Shown here piece after piece: positions 14,596 through 28,996 of a stretch of DNA of 64,000 nt. Position 1 is the first letter of the stretch, and every line of letters starts with the position of its first letter. The position numbers and the translations under genes are program-made. Below the pieces are notes generated by a model. It saw nothing but the letters and a program-made list of their open reading frames with translations, ran no database searches and was not told the origin of the DNA. The stretch comes from the human T2T-CHM13v2.0 reference genome, Homo sapiens: the NCBI RefSeq assembly GCF_009914755.1, contig NC_060930.1, one strand, 5' to 3'.

Positions 14596-14900
14596 TTTTT
14601 TTTTTTTTTTTTTTTTTTTGAGACAGAGTCTCACTCTGTTGCCCAGGCTGGAATGCCAGTGGCGTGATCTCAGCTCACTGCAACCTCCGTCTCCCTGATT
14701 CAAGCAATTCTCCCACCTCAGCCTCCTGAGTAGCTGGGATTATGGACGCCCGCCACCATGCCCGGCTGATTTTTCTATTTTTAGTAGAGATGGGTTTCAC
14801 CATGTTGTCCAGGCTGGCCTCAAATTCCTGACCTCAGGTTTCCACCTGCCTCGGCCTGCCAAAGTGCTGGGATTACAAGCGTGAGCCACCGTGCCCAGCC
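14596..14900 (-). mobile_element. Alu (S-like)
   Basis: Antisense dimer; TSD GGCATTC on both sides. Confidence 0.97.
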
Positions 14901-15750
14901 GGCATTCACTTTTAAAAGAAAAAAATTTAAGTCTGGAATTATCTAAGCTGTTTATGAATTTTAATTTTCTGATGACATTAGTATTAAAAGTAATTATTAA
15001 TAATACTTATTAATGATTTAAAATCCATAAGAGCAGAGAGGCTTTGTATCCCTAGAACCCTTTGTATCTCTAGTACCAGGTAACTAGGGGCCAATGAATA
15101 AAAATGAATGATATATTCCCTTATATTTTTGTATAGCACTTGACAATTTTCACAATACTTTTATGTATATTTCTTTTGTAATCCTCATAATAAGTCTATG
15201 AGCTAGATATATCAAGCAAATTCTAACTTAATAAAGATAAGATTGAAAATCATGGCACTACTAAGTTAGCAATAATCAAAATAGAATAGAGGTTTTCAAA
15301 CTCCCTATTCCACAAAACCATTTCACAGAATGCAATTTATATTTAATTGTACATGCTCATATGCTGAACAAGTAATCTACTGGCAATACCCTTTCTTTAA
15401 AAAAAAAAGTATTTGATACTTCTTTCATTGGCCCATTAATTATTAAAAATACATTCCTGAAATATTTGGGCAATTCTGCTTTGCTTCAATTTAAGATTAA
15501 CTTTTAAAGGCTAATAAGCTATGGGATAATATTATCTCTTTGATAAATACATCAATTATTGAAACTGTAACAAAATAGTATAGCTAGCTAGCATCAGGGC
15601 CTCCTCTTTTTTATTTATTTATTTATTTATACTTATTTATTTATTTATACTTATAAAAGAAGAAAGCTAAAATATAAATATCTTCATTAAAATGTTTAAG
15701 AGAGTTGAAAATATGCAAAAACTCAGAACCGATGTCATTACCAAGTTCTA

Positions 15751-15808
15751 TCTTGAAACTTAATTCACACAGATGTAAATCTTGAAACTTAATTCACACA
15801 GATGTAAA
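15751..15808. repeat. Perfect 29-bp tandem duplication
   Basis: TCTTGAAACTTAATTCACACAGATGTAAA x2. Confidence 0.95.
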
Positions 15809-16251
15809 TCCTGAGGACACTTATACAGTGTCACTTTAGACTTCAACTGGTTTTTTTTGAAACCTCTTGAACTTAACATCTTTGTAAGTAAAGGAGTTTA
15901 TGTATTCTAATCATAAGCTCCATATACAGCTTATGAAACAATTAAATCATCTGAAAAAGTTCTTCTTAACGAATCACTAGAGTTTCTCTCCCATGGAAAA
16001 AAATTTTAAATGGGATAGTTCAATTAAAATTTCAGTTACTAAACAATAGCCATACAATTTTTCAATCATACAGTTAAATACACTCCTCACAAAACATACT
16101 TAATAAAACATAAACTGTCCTTGAATATGAAAGATATGTTTACATCATTACTGTTCATAGTCACTGTTATAAACACAATAAAACTGATAAATTCTGGTGT
16201 ATTTGGTCATTAATCACTTTCAGATAACAGATACACTACTTTTTGCTATAC

Positions 16252-16377
16252 CTTGATCAAATCCACTGAGCTGATGGTTTGAAACAGAATTGGAAGATTC
16301 TTTCAGATCTTCATAATCATATTCTTCCACAGGCTCAACGGAAGGTTTGTCACGCCGTGAATAAATAAACTGAGCAG
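16252..16377 (-). CDS. HBS1L: HBS1L exon 3 ([42 protein letters not shown]), 126 nt, phase 1-1
   Basis: Acceptor ttttatattctag|CT, donor AAG|GTATAG; continuous reading frame. Confidence 0.97.
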
Positions 16378-16777
16378 CTAGAATATAAAATGATCAAAGA
16401 ATGCTATGGTATAGCCATTTCCTATTAACTTTTTTTTACAAAAGTTAAAGTAAAAATTAAAAATTCTAATCAATCACCTATAGTTACCCATATTTCATAA
16501 GGGATGAAAACAAAAACAATATCATATCAAAACATATACCTAAAATCCTACTCGAAGGTGCTTACAATTTATTATTCTCTTATAATCTTCTTCCTTCTTT
16601 CCCCCAATCTCTGAAACCATTCCACTCAGCCTACTTTCTCCCTGGTTTCCAAAATCTACCTTTCCTAATATCTCTTCTTTGTATACTATTCTGTGTTCCC
16701 TGAAATTTTCTCTTCAATACAAATATTTCAAACCAAATATCAAACTTCTAATTTACATAATTAAGAAAACACAAGGT

Positions 16778-17095
16778 GGCCAAGCGCAGTGGCTCACCCC
16801 TGCAATCCCAGCACTTTGGGAGGCCAAGGCGGGTAGATCACCTGAGGTCAGGAGTTCGAGACCAGCCTGGCAAATACAGTGAAACCCCATCTCTACTAAA
16901 AATATAAAAATTAGCTGGGCGTGGCAGTGGGCACCTGTAATCCCAGCTACTCAGGAGGCTGAGGCAGGCAGGGGAACCGTTTGAACCCAGGAGGCGGAGG
17001 TTGCAGTGAGCCGAGATCACGCCATTGCACTCCAGCCTGGGTGACAAGAACAAAACTCCGTCTCAAAAAAAAAAAACAAAAAAAAAAAACAGAAA
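16778..17095 (+). mobile_element. Alu (S-like)
   Basis: Full dimer; TSD-like AGAAAACACA. Confidence 0.97.
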
Positions 17096-19663
17096 AGAAA
17101 ACACATGAAGTGCTAATTTTGCCTGAATCTAAGAGTTCACGGAAAATACAGACTTTAATCTTTAAACAACTCATGCTTTCAATCACACACTTTCAATTAT
17201 ACACTGACACTGTAAACTAGTGTCATATACCTAACTTTAACTTTCAGACATCTGTGCTACTCTGCAATACTGCCAAACATCATCACTCAATATATAACTG
17301 GGTATTCATATGTATCTCATTAAGGAAAGGAAAGGCAGATTATCTAAATGCCAATACATGCCTGAGTATCATAAATGAAATACAAGTGAGCAAAGGAGAA
17401 AATCACAGGCATATCCACAGTACTAATGCTTCCAGCTCTACTGGATGGCCACTGAACTGAATCCTGGACACTGTGTTCAATTGTAAAGGAACAAAATTAA
17501 AGAATATGTTAAGAAGGACAGAAATATAGATATAATATTCAAAAGGCAAGGTATTATTAGAGGTATTATCTAGCTTTCTATAAGAGCACAAAACATGTTA
17601 AGTTCATTGACTTGTGTATAGATTATCAGGAAGATATTATTTATTAAAGGGAAGCTACATTCAAAATTTATAGATATACAATCACATTGAGGGGTAGAGA
17701 AAAAGACATCAAAATGTATAGATAATGCATAGAACATAAAGCTGCAGTGTATGTGTAACACCTATACTCGGAAGGTTAAAGCATAACCACTCTCTATTCA
17801 TTGTAAAAGTCAATGGCCTTACAGATTAGAAGGGAGGGCAAAGAAGAAAAACGTAATGACTTATTCTAAAAGCCAAATGAGTAATACCAGACAACAAGCA
17901 CTGCGGAAGCACAGAAGTAACCAATGAAGACTGGAGCATTATAATAAAGGAGGTAGGAATATAGGGAAAATTGAAGAGGTGGAAGAGATCCTGAACAAGG
18001 AGAAAAGAATAAGAGAAATATTAATAAAGAGCAGTTGAGAGAATTCAATCCGTTCTACTATAATGCACGTTTCCTTAAAACAAATTAGCTCATGTCAATG
18101 GGCTATGAAAGTGTAACATTGAGGATGTTATGAAATTTTATGAAATTTGTCTCCCAAAACTTCAAAGTTTTGCATCACTGCATAATAACAACACATATAA
18201 AGTCCGATAACACCAACCACAGAGAAATATTATGCTGCAAGATAATTGTATTGTAATGCCACGTAGCTCCACATTCCTCCCCTTGGCTCAGTTTGGACAT
18301 GTGCCCTGTTTGGAGAGCCCTTACTGCTTGGCTCTCCAAGGTCTGTGAGCATTGTGCCTTTACAATATTATCCTTTAGTTTCAACCCTTTCTTACATCTC
18401 CTATCAAGCTTTCACCTTTTTTAAAAGTGTAAAATCCTATATTTACTGGAGTACTTATTAGGAAATTAATGTATCTTTTCAAATGTGCAAGCATTTTTAT
18501 TAAGATAATTATTTCTGTTTCCACTCTATAGGTGGAGTGGTTTGTCCTGATCTTATTTTTTCCCATAAGTTGTTAATTTTAGTATATAATTCTGAAGACC
18601 ACAAAGTTTTTTAAGAATGCACGTTATGTTGTGTATGTATGTATGTGTAGGGATACATATATCCCTATTTTCCCCCTCTTGTGCAAGTAGATAACAACAC
18701 TGGTATAAGGTCAGCATGGCTAAATAGCAGAAGAGACATCCTATTTCATAAATTCTCTAAGAGGACAACTTTTTTCACATTACAAATCTCAGAATTAGAG
18801 ATGTGTCTTTCAATCAAATGACATCTTAGCATTACATAATACTTAGACTGATAGCCTTTTGTTTTAAAGTGGTCCTTAAAATAATGATACACCTTACAAT
18901 TCATGGCATTTTAGATTTAATAAAATGTGGCATAAATGATGCCCTTTGGTCCCTGGTGCTTTCCTGGCTTTAATAAACTGTATTCAGTTTCGTCTAAAAG
19001 TAACAAACATCCTTCCCCCAACTTCTCCTCCTACCCATGAACTAGGAGGGAGAAACCTAAGACAAATTAAAAAACTAAGTGAGGCATGAAATCAGATGTT
19101 TCCCTCAACAAGTTTCAGTCAGGAAATACTGACAGGGAAGAGGAAGTTTTCAATGCACAGGCTTCTCCTCTGCCTGCCAGGAGCTATTTTTTCTGTGGTG
19201 GGGTCGAGGGTGGTCCTATACGACCACACACACCCAACACATAACTCCAACTCAAAAACCCATACTGTGGCCACTATTTTGGAAGTAGTAATGGTTGGAT
19301 TTGCAAAGGGTGGGTGGGGGGAAGAGTAAGAAAACTCCCCCAGGAGAAGTATTGGGTCGCTGCAAAAGTAACCGCAGGTCTTTCCATTACTTTCAAAGGG
19401 TGGGTGGGTGAGGTGGGGAGCGGTCCAAACCTCTGAAGTTGTACTGAGAGCCCCAAAAGCAACAAATACAACAAATAAAGGAGTGAGAGAAAGTAATGAT
19501 GAGAAAATGGTAAATACAAAATGCTATTCTCTAAAATTTTAAATCACAAACTTTGATGGAAGTGCCTTCTGAAAAAACAGACACCTATAATTTTTAAAAT
19601 TTAAGGCATTTTGACAAACATAAAAGTGCAAAGAATTCAAAACCTAACACCTGAAACTTCCTA

Positions 19664-20148
19664 CAATGGTTTCCTAAACATCTTAAAATAAAAATCACAT
19701 GAGGCATTCATTAAAAATACAGATTTCTAGGCTTCTTCCCCGGGAGATTATGACTCAGTGGTGCTGGAATGAAGCAGGAAATTTGTATTCTTAAGAATTA
19801 TTCTGGCCAGGCACAGTGGCTCATGCCTGTAATCCCAGCACTTTGGGAGGTCCAGGCAGGTGGATCACCTGAGGTCAGGAGTTCAAGACCAGCCTGGCCA
19901 ACATGGCAAAACCCCATCTCTACTAAAAATACAAAATTAGCTAGGCGTGGTGGCGGGCGCCTGCAATCCCAGCTACTTGAGAGGCTGAGGCGTGAGAACT
20001 GCTTGAACCTGGGAGCCAAGTGGAGGTTGAGGTGAGCCGAGATCGTGCCACTGCACTCCAGCCTAGGCTACAGAATGAGACTCCGTCTCAAAAAAAAAAA
20101 AATGATTCCCAGCAGATTCATATCACAAGGTAAGATTAAGAAACACTG
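19664..20148. mobile_element. MER5-like hAT MITE interrupted by an Alu
   Basis: caatggtttcc...aaaatacagatttctagg...gaaatttgtattcttaa [Alu] attccccagcagattc...aagaaacactg. Confidence 0.6.
19805..20102 (+). mobile_element. Alu (S-like)
   Basis: Full dimer. Confidence 0.97.
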
Positions 20149-20827
20149 GTGAACTACAAGTCTCCCCTTTATTCTGGCCCACCTATACGCCACTTTGTGG
20201 ACCATGATCAGTTATCTGCACAAAATACTAGCTCCCTTACTCAAAAAACTCCAATAAGTTGACACTAAAAACACAAAATTAGAAACTGTCTTTCACAATT
20301 TCATTCCTATTTTCTTTCCTAGCCCTCTTTCCTCCTGCCACTTGCATTAATCCTGGTAGTCTGATGAAACAAGCCTCACTCAGAGGCCATTGCTTAAGCA
20401 ACGTTGTTTCCTCTAGCTGGGATGCCATTCTTACTCCCAAATTTCCTAGCTTCAATCCCACCTCCTTCTAGAAGCCTTCCCAGACTCCTTCAGTCAGGGT
20501 TATTTTCTTTACCCACAGTACTGTTGTAGCAAGTTATTTGAACAAGACTTTAAACAAGCTTCCTTATACCAAACTAATTTATAAATGTATTAGAATAGTG
20601 TTTTTCTTACAAAAAAAAAAAAGAATATACAATAAAGGTGTGAAATTAGAATGGAGCAAACAAAGATTACTTCTAATCATATTAGCTGAAACAAAATACA
20701 TCACCATTCAAATAAAGTTTTATATGCAAACTCCTTTTGCTACCCCCTACTCTTTGACATAGGTTCAATACTCAGTATCAATCTTTCTAAAAGAAAGAAA
20801 AGTTAACGTTTAAAAATCACCATCCTA

Positions 20828-20937
20828 GGCTGGGCATGGTGGCTCACACCTATAATCCTGGCACTTTGGAAGGCCGACACAGGAGGATCACTGGAGCTCA
20901 GGAATTTGAGACAAGCCTGGGCAGCATAGTGAGACCA
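20828..20937 (+). mobile_element. Alu left monomer (FLAM-like)
   Basis: ggctgggcatggtggctcac...gagacc, no right arm. Confidence 0.88.
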
Positions 20938-21713
20938 GGAAAATTGAGCTTAATAGAATTCAAAAAAATATACACGTGCTGATGAATTTTAGAAAGAAAT
21001 TCCAATTAATTGATAAAGTCTTTCAATTATCAGACTTCATTACACCATGAATACAATCAGCTTTTCAATGACATTAGCTGCTTAAGAATAGAAAATATTC
21101 TTCTAAAACCATTCATTTTTTATTGAAAATTACTTGGAAAATATACCACTATAGAGGAAAGTAAGTTTCTTATCTGATGTTACTGCTATTTTAAAATGTT
21201 TTGAAAAATTTAAAAATCCAAAGTCGTATGCTTTTGTTAAAAATCAGTTTGTCACAGAAGAAACCAAAAACATTTAACTATCTCCTGCTTTGATAAGATC
21301 AGTTGGCTTCTTGGTGTGTTTGAAAAGTAACTCTCAGAGTCAGACTGTCCTGAATACAAACCACAGGTAAGAGCCACATCAAAAGCTATGAGAGACACAT
21401 GGATAAACTCCGTCTCTGTCCTCAAGGAAGCTAGGCCATAAATGCAAGTCTCAGAGAAACACCCTTTGAAGGTCTGACTTTGTACTATTACCTTATTATT
21501 CAAGATAACATAACATTTATCCAGAGAAGCCTAGATAAATGACTGGGTTAACCTGCAATATTAAGGTGTCTTTCAGTAATCCCCCCTCTGAAAGATTCCA
21601 CGCTTATACAAAGCCATATTCAACCAACTTCCAAGTCCTGCAGACCTCAACTCCTGTAAATTTTCTCTTGAATGTATTTCCAAATCCAATGCTACCAACT
21701 CTTGCCCTAAACA

Positions 21714-21869
21714 AATGGTTCTCAATGCATACCACGAGCATACCCCAGTGGGCTTGTTAAAACATCTGCTATGCCTCACTCCTAGTTTCTGACTCTTGGG
21801 TGGAGTCCCCAACATTGCATTTCTAACAAACTCTCAAGCGATGCTGATGGTTCACTTTGAGAACACTGT
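21714..21869. mobile_element. MER5-like hAT MITE
   Basis: aatggttctcaa...ctttgagaacactg termini. Confidence 0.65.
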
Positions 21870-22289
21870 CCTAAAATAGCCTCATCTCCTCTAGATAAAT
21901 ACATATAACAGTCTCCTAACGAGTCTACTTACATCCACCCATATACCACCTTTAATCCATTAACTATGTATTAGAGATTTTTTTAACTCAAATCTAATAT
22001 AACCATATCATCTTCTCAGTTCTATATGCCATGCTCTCTAATGTGCTTAGAATGTGAGTGATGAGGATAGCACTACCAGACATCACTTTGTCACCTCTAA
22101 TATTTAAGTTACCTAGTCAACTGTGATGCTGAATTATAGGAGCCCCAAAGGGCAAATGCCTAGGAGGTTCCTAGAAAAATGTGAAATTGTTTTATTCCTA
22201 AGTCACTACAAAATGTCTTCTCTTTTGAACCCCTGAATAAGGAGCTATAAAGGAATGCTGCTTATTAAGCCACCTCTCAGCTTCTAACC

Positions 22290-23037
22290 TACCATCCTTT
22301 ACTCAGCTTTGTGATGCTGGATTGAAGTCACTGCAAAGCACATTTCTTCTTTGATACCCGGCTCCCTTTTAGGATCATCCAATAAGGAGATATGAAAGGG
22401 ACACCGGAAAGCCAGAGAAGGCAGGCACATGCTCCTTTCCTTTTGCTTCTTGTTCCAGTATCACCCCAGCAATACTCACTTCACCTTCCAGAAGCAGTTT
22501 CTTCCAGTAACTGCAATTAATATCCGTTTTCAGTTTTTCCAAAACTCCCAGAACCAGCTTCAATTTGCCTCTTCACTCCCCAGACAACACGACCAGCCAG
22601 TAGGTTGGAATCCCCTCTTTAAAAGGCGGAATCCCCTCTTTAAAAGGCTGAATCCCAGCTCTAAGATTCAGGGACCTTCTGAGGCACCAGCATCAGCCAT
22701 GCAGTGCCTCCCTGCCCAGAGGTCTGAGTCCTGGCCCCACAGTCCCTCTTGTGAACTTCAGAGGCAAAGCAGCAAAGAACCCTCTCCTCAAGGTCTAAGT
22801 CACAGCTGCAAGGAGCCTCCATCAGCTTCTAAAAGGTGGTTTCAACCTTGCCTTTTGTTCCCCTAAGAACTAGGGACAGTAAAGTGCTTCCTGAACTTAC
22901 TACCTTCTTGATATCCTGGTTGCACTTTTTGCATTATTTGTTCTATAATACCTCATTAACAACTTTTGATGTTAAATGTTCTCTGATAAAATAACTGGTG
23001 CAATTTTTATCTCCTAACAGAATATAGACTGATAACA
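22290..23037 (+). mobile_element. LTR33-like ERVL LTR containing a 21-bp tandem duplication (GGAATCCCCTCTTTAAAAGGC x2, 22607-22648)
   Basis: tgtgatgctgg...gcaaagcacatttc...ccaataagg and 3' aaaataactggtg...gactgataaca resemble LTR33. Confidence 0.65.
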
Positions 23038-23339
23038 GTGAAACATTAAAAGATGAGAGGAAAAGCCATGATTAAGCTAAATGAGAAAAGTACTTGACCA
23101 GAAGAGCAGGCCTGTACATAAAGAGCTAGATGCATTTCAGAATAACCAGTTAACAGGAAAAGGATGACAGAGTAGATATGATAAAGACAACTTCTAGCAT
23201 ATCTATGCCTTTACAAAGAAAAAGAAATTATAAAAGTCAGAAGGGGCATATTTGGTCTGCAGAGGCTAAAAATAGGATGAAAGCAGGTACAGTTTATAAG
23301 ACAGCCCAGCGGACTAGAGGGTAATTAAGACAAGGAGGA

Positions 23340-23690
23340 TGTATTAGTCCATTCAGGCTGCTATAACAAAATGCCATAAACTAGGTAGCTTATAAACAGA
23401 AATTTCTGACAGTTCAGAGGCTAGGAAGTCCAAGATCAAGGCAGTCTGTGTGTGGTGAACACCCGCTTTCTGGCTCACAGACAGCACCTACTTGCTGTGT
23501 CCTAACATGACAGAAGGGAAAGAGTTCTCCTTGGGACCTCTTTCACTAGGAAATTAATCCCATTCATGAGGGCTCTACCCTCATGGCCTAATCACCTCCC
23601 CTCCCAAGGGCCCCACCTCCTAATACCATCACCTTGGGGTTAGAATTTCAACATGTGAATCTGGGGAAACAAACATTCAGACCATGGCAG
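23340..23690 (-). mobile_element. MaLR LTR (MLT1A/MST-like)
   Basis: tgtattagtcc...gctataacaaaatgccataaact...aagtccaagatcaagg...aaacattcagaccat. Confidence 0.85.
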
Positions 23691-23753
23691 AAGGCTCTGA
23701 AAGAAATGTTAATTATATCAAACCTTTAAACTTGTGAAAAATGAGTTTTATAA

Positions 23754-24132
<379 letters not shown>

Positions 24133-24832
24133 TAAAATTTAGCAGGGCATTTTAACCTGTGTAGACAGTAGGCTGAAATTTGGAGACAAATGTAGTGTTA
24201 GAGAAATAAGTGACAGGAGGATCAGGATTAATGACTCAGCCTTTGCTGGGAAGAATATATCAATGTTCTCCTTATATGGTGGCAGAGAAGAAATCTTTGG
24301 GCTGATAATCTAGAAGATGCAGCTCTGATGTGGAATTATACAGAAATATGAATGCCAAATTCCTCTGTGGCTCCAAAAGAAGTCTGAACTACATATATTG
24401 GTTTATTTACCAAACTGTTCAACAGATAAACTAAAGTACTGTATAAAGGAAAGTCTAGGCATAACACCTCCAAGTTTCTAATACTCAAAAGATCCTTGAG
24501 GATATAATGGCTGCCTGCCTCCAGAGGCTTCAGAATTTCATTATTGACTAAATTACCATTTTAGTATATTTAGATTAACTGCATGATGCAAAGTATGGTG
24601 GAAAAGAAGCCACAGTCTTTTTCACATTATTTAAAACTAAATAATAGAATCACAAATTTAAATTCTACTCACAGGAAAAGAAATTATTTTATATGCCTTT
24701 AATAATTAACATATAATTAACTTTTTAAATGTTATATATTACAGTCTCACAGAACACTCCAGTCCTTGAACGACTAACATTTACATTTTTAAACACCAAA
24801 TCTAAGGAATCAAATTATTTTTAAAAATTCAC

Positions 24833-24898
24833 CTGTTGACGGCGAAATACAATAATCATCCTCTACAGACTGGCCGTAGAGATCATCATCTTCAAAAT
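24833..24898 (-). CDS. HBS1L: HBS1L exon 2 ([22 protein letters not shown]), 66 nt, phase 1-1
   Basis: Acceptor tttattttag|AT, donor CAG|GTGAAT; in frame with exon 1. Confidence 0.97.
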
Positions 24899-25196
24899 CT
24901 AAAATAAAGACAAAAGAGATAAATTCATTTACAAGTTCTTTTTATATTCTTAGTTACTAGTGAGGAAGCATCTGAATCCTCTCCAAAATAAACTGTTTAT
25001 CAAAATTTAAGGATCCTAGAATGTCTATTTTCAAAAAAACTCTTAAGAATTTCACCCACAAAATAGGTTATTTACTAACTCTATATTTATAAAGACATAC
25101 ACAGTTCTTCAGTTGTTAAATTAATTGGGTTTACCCAGGTCCCAAGTTTTCACCTCATAGGATCAAATACAATAATCCTATAAAAAATATACTTGA

Positions 25197-25507
25197 GGCC
25201 AGGCACGGTGGCTTACGCCTGTAATCCCAGCACTTTGGGAGGCCGAGGTAGGTGGATCATGAGGTCAGGAGTTTGAGACCCGCCTGACCAATATGGTGAA
25301 ACCCCGTCTCTACTAAAAATACAAAAATTAGCTAGACATGGTGACGCGCACCTGTAATCCCAGCTACTCTGGAGGCTGAGGCAGGAGAATCACTTGAACC
25401 CAGGAGGCAAGGTTGCAGTGAGCCAAGACCGCGCCACTGCACTCAGCCTGGGCGACAGAGCAAGACTCCGTCTCAAAAAGAAAAAAAAAGAAAAAAAGAA
25501 AAAAAAA
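25197..25507 (+). mobile_element. Alu (S-like)
   Basis: Full dimer with polyA. Confidence 0.97.
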
Positions 25508-26565
25508 TACTTAGTCTCTCCAGTGTTGACAAAAATCTGAAATAAACCATTTTTTTCACCATGTGCCCTCTAAAACCAAAGCACTTCTCTTCCACAGAAC
25601 ATGGGGGTATATAATAGATCATGAAAGTAGTATTTCTTTATGGAGAGCTAGGTAACATCTATACAAACCAACTTACCCTAAACTCCCTATGCCCACCTGC
25701 TGATGGCTAACTGCCCTTTTTTTCTGCTTCCTGGGATATGCTCTTTGCCTAGATTTTCCGAGGCCATTTCTTTCTGCTAGTTAAGGTTCCAGCTCAAATG
25801 TCTCCTCTTTGCACAAGTCTTCCCTGACCACTCTGGGTAAAGCAGTAAGCCCCTCTGCTACTGTTACCCTCCAGCACACTTACCCAATTTACAGAGCGCT
25901 ACGCCTGTTCACTACATGAGACTATCAGCTTCTTCAGGGCAAGACTTGGTTTAGCCAACTACCTGGCACATATGGGGCACTAGATTAATATTTGTTTTAT
26001 TATAAATTAATGAATCAAACTAATTACAACTAAAAACCCACAAAGAACATAAATATATTTACATAAATTTCATTTGACAAACACTAACACCATGCCAGGG
26101 AGTAGTTGAGACAACTGTGGTATAACAGTGAACACATTTCCAGTTATCACTGCACCTAAAATCTGACAAGGAATACACACAAGATAATGGGCAATTACAA
26201 AACCATGTGACAAGTGCCTGATGTGAGAAACACAGAGCAATTTGGGAACACACACATGAATGACAAAACTAGAACCGGGAGTGGGGCAGCTAGGGAAAGA
26301 TCCCCATTAATATAATATCCAAACCAATTCCAAAGGATAGAGTTAGCTAGTTTCTGAGGGTATTCATGCAGCAGGAACAGCATGCTCAAAGGCTGAGACC
26401 AAATGCTTACAGCAAAGAAAAATTAGATAAATGCTACTATTGGGCAAAAACATATATGATTAAATAAATTATTAGATCACAATCCCAAGTTAATAAAAAT
26501 TTATTTGCAAATAAACAAGGGGCCATTCACAAACAAAGTATTTTTAGATATTGAAGACAACAATA

Positions 26566-26858
26566 GGCCAGGCATCGTGGCTCACACCTGTAATTCCAGT
26601 ACTTTGGGAAGCCGAGGAGGGAGGATCTCGCTTGGGCAACACAGCCGGATGCTGTCTCTACTAAAATAAAAAATTAACCGGGCATGGGGGCACATGCCTG
26701 TAGACCTAGCTACTCGGGAGGCTGAGGCACGAGGATTGCTTGAGCCCAGGAGTTGGAGGTTACAGAGAGCTATGATCATGCCACTGCACTCGCACTCCAG
26801 CTTGGCCAACCAACAAAGTGCGATCCTGTCTCTTAAAAAAAAAAAAAAAAGAAAAAAA
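26566..26858 (+). mobile_element. Alu (J-like)
   Basis: Diverged dimer with left-arm deletion. Confidence 0.93.
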
Positions 26859-28899
26859 ACTCTTTTTTACTAGGTCAGTTTGTCAATGCTGAAGTTGACC
26901 CTAAAGTGCCACAACATATAAAGATGAAGAGAATTCTTTCCTGCAATCTTCATAGTTTGTTTCCTCAATCAACAAAATTATGAAATATTTACCACATGTA
27001 AAGAACATTGTGCCAGCTACTTAAAGTATGGATTTTGCCTTCCTGAGACTTTTAAATCAGTGACTGAGGCAGTCATGTAAAGTATTACATAAATTACAGA
27101 GAAAAACAAAGTGGGAGTTAAGTAGCGGAACCAGTAGGTTTTAGAACACAAACTCTCTCTAATGAGGTTATATTTCTTAACAGAATTTTTAAATTATTAT
27201 TCTGAGAATTCAAGAGAAAGCCTAACTGGGAAGAAGAGAAATAAACTGGACCTTAATGAGTACAACTTTTATAAACAAGAAAAGGGGATGAACCTCCTTA
27301 ATGTTACAGGAACAGCTTGGTTATGATGTCACCAATTGTTTCAAAGAAGCATGACAACATGACAACCTAACCTCAAGAAGCCAAGGTGCTCCCTGAGGCC
27401 AACCACCTCTCCTCCATGAAGCATTCCTTAACGTAGAAATCCTGCTTAAATTCCCCCCAATCCATTCTGAATTAAGTGTTCTCATCTGTGTATCCCTCCC
27501 ATAGCGTTTTCTCAGTACCTTTTGTAGCATTTTTCATACTCTAATAATCTGTAACTCGTATAATCTTCTCCTTTTAGACCACCCTCAAATATCTTACTTT
27601 CAGTCCTCAAAGCTTAGAACAGTACTCTAAGCACTAACTTAATGGTGGTTGAGGAAATGATAAACAACTATTAAAGAAATGAATGAATAATAAATAGGCC
27701 TATTCATGTACTTTATATTTGCAAAAATCTCTCTCAATCTAAAGTCATTTCTTAGGTGACAATGGTCCACATGCAATACCATCCACTGCAATATTTATTT
27801 AAAAGGGCCTCCATTCTAAAGTAACCACCAGAAAATTCACATGTTCTAGACGGACTGAGGTCACAGGTTCCAAATGGAGAACAGGGTGTTAGCTGCCCTC
27901 ACTCTAGTTAAAGCATACTGATGTTCTATAATAATCTACTGGGGTGCCAATGACAATCACCAACATATTAAGCACTACATGTTCTGCACTTCGTAAAGCA
28001 TAGTTCTTTATTCTTCTCCTGCATTAGTTCATTTTTGTTTATATTTTTAGTTTATGTGATGCTTGGTGATGCCTATAGTTATCTACTGCATGAAGAGGGA
28101 TGTGCTCCTCCTAAAAATAATTCTAACTCCTGTTAACTCCTACAGAACATTCATACAGACATTTTTATTTCATTTTTTAATATCAAAAAGTCCTTTCCTA
28201 TACACTCTTTCCTCTAGTACTGCCGTTTATTTACATTTCAAAATACATTTATATCAAGCATTACCAGCCAAGAACTAAGTATAAACTTCAAGATCCATCT
28301 GATCGACTCATTCTTTGGGCCTTTTTAACATGTGTCTTTTCTACCGTCTCCTAAGTTTCCACTTTGAAATTCGTTGAAAAATAAATTAGCGCAAACTGAT
28401 TCTGCACTAGGTATGTATGGACATACACAAAAGGTTTACCATGTAAATCTAACACAGGTACACGTCCGTTGAATGTATTAAGTCAATCTGTGTTTTACAA
28501 ATAAGCAACGTTTCATGGACATTTCTCAAAGGGGATCTGGGAGAGAGGAGCTAGAAGCAGGCACGTTAGTGCCCAACATGGGAGGAAACAATGGAAGAGG
28601 TGATAATGCTTACGTGCCTAAATATCACCGGATCTCAACCTCACCAATATCCTACCCATATGACGCTATGCAGCACCTCCCCCTCCCCAAATAAAATCAA
28701 CCCCAGAGGGCAGAAATCATGACTTAAAAACGACGGCATTTGAAAGCACTAGAAGGCCTGTTATATTCCCCAACTGGGGCTCTCCCAATCCCGACAGGGC
28801 AACACTGACGAGAAACTCACAGATTGAAGTGGATGCCAACGGGCTAGGATCCCAGCTGTAGCCGGGAAAAGAACGTCCCGGCATGACCCTGCCACCTAC

Positions 28900-28942
28900 C
28901 TTCATCGTAGTTATAGCCTCGAACATTCCGATGCCGGGCCAT
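28900..28942 (-). CDS. HBS1L: HBS1L exon 1 coding part (MARHRNVRGYNYDE+G), 43 nt
   Basis: ATG at 28942-28940 in GCCGTCATGG Kozak context; translation matches the HBS1L N-terminus; donor G|GTAGGT at 28900/28899; lies in CpG island. Confidence 0.97.
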
Positions 28943-28996
28943 GACGGCGGAGAGGGCGTTTGCCACAGCCCCTTAACTCCTTCCAAAACACTCCGC

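Noticed and set aside
22429-22866. 145-aa ORF with repeated NPLFKR
   Set aside because: Lies in an LTR33-like element; the repeat is a 21-bp DNA tandem duplication
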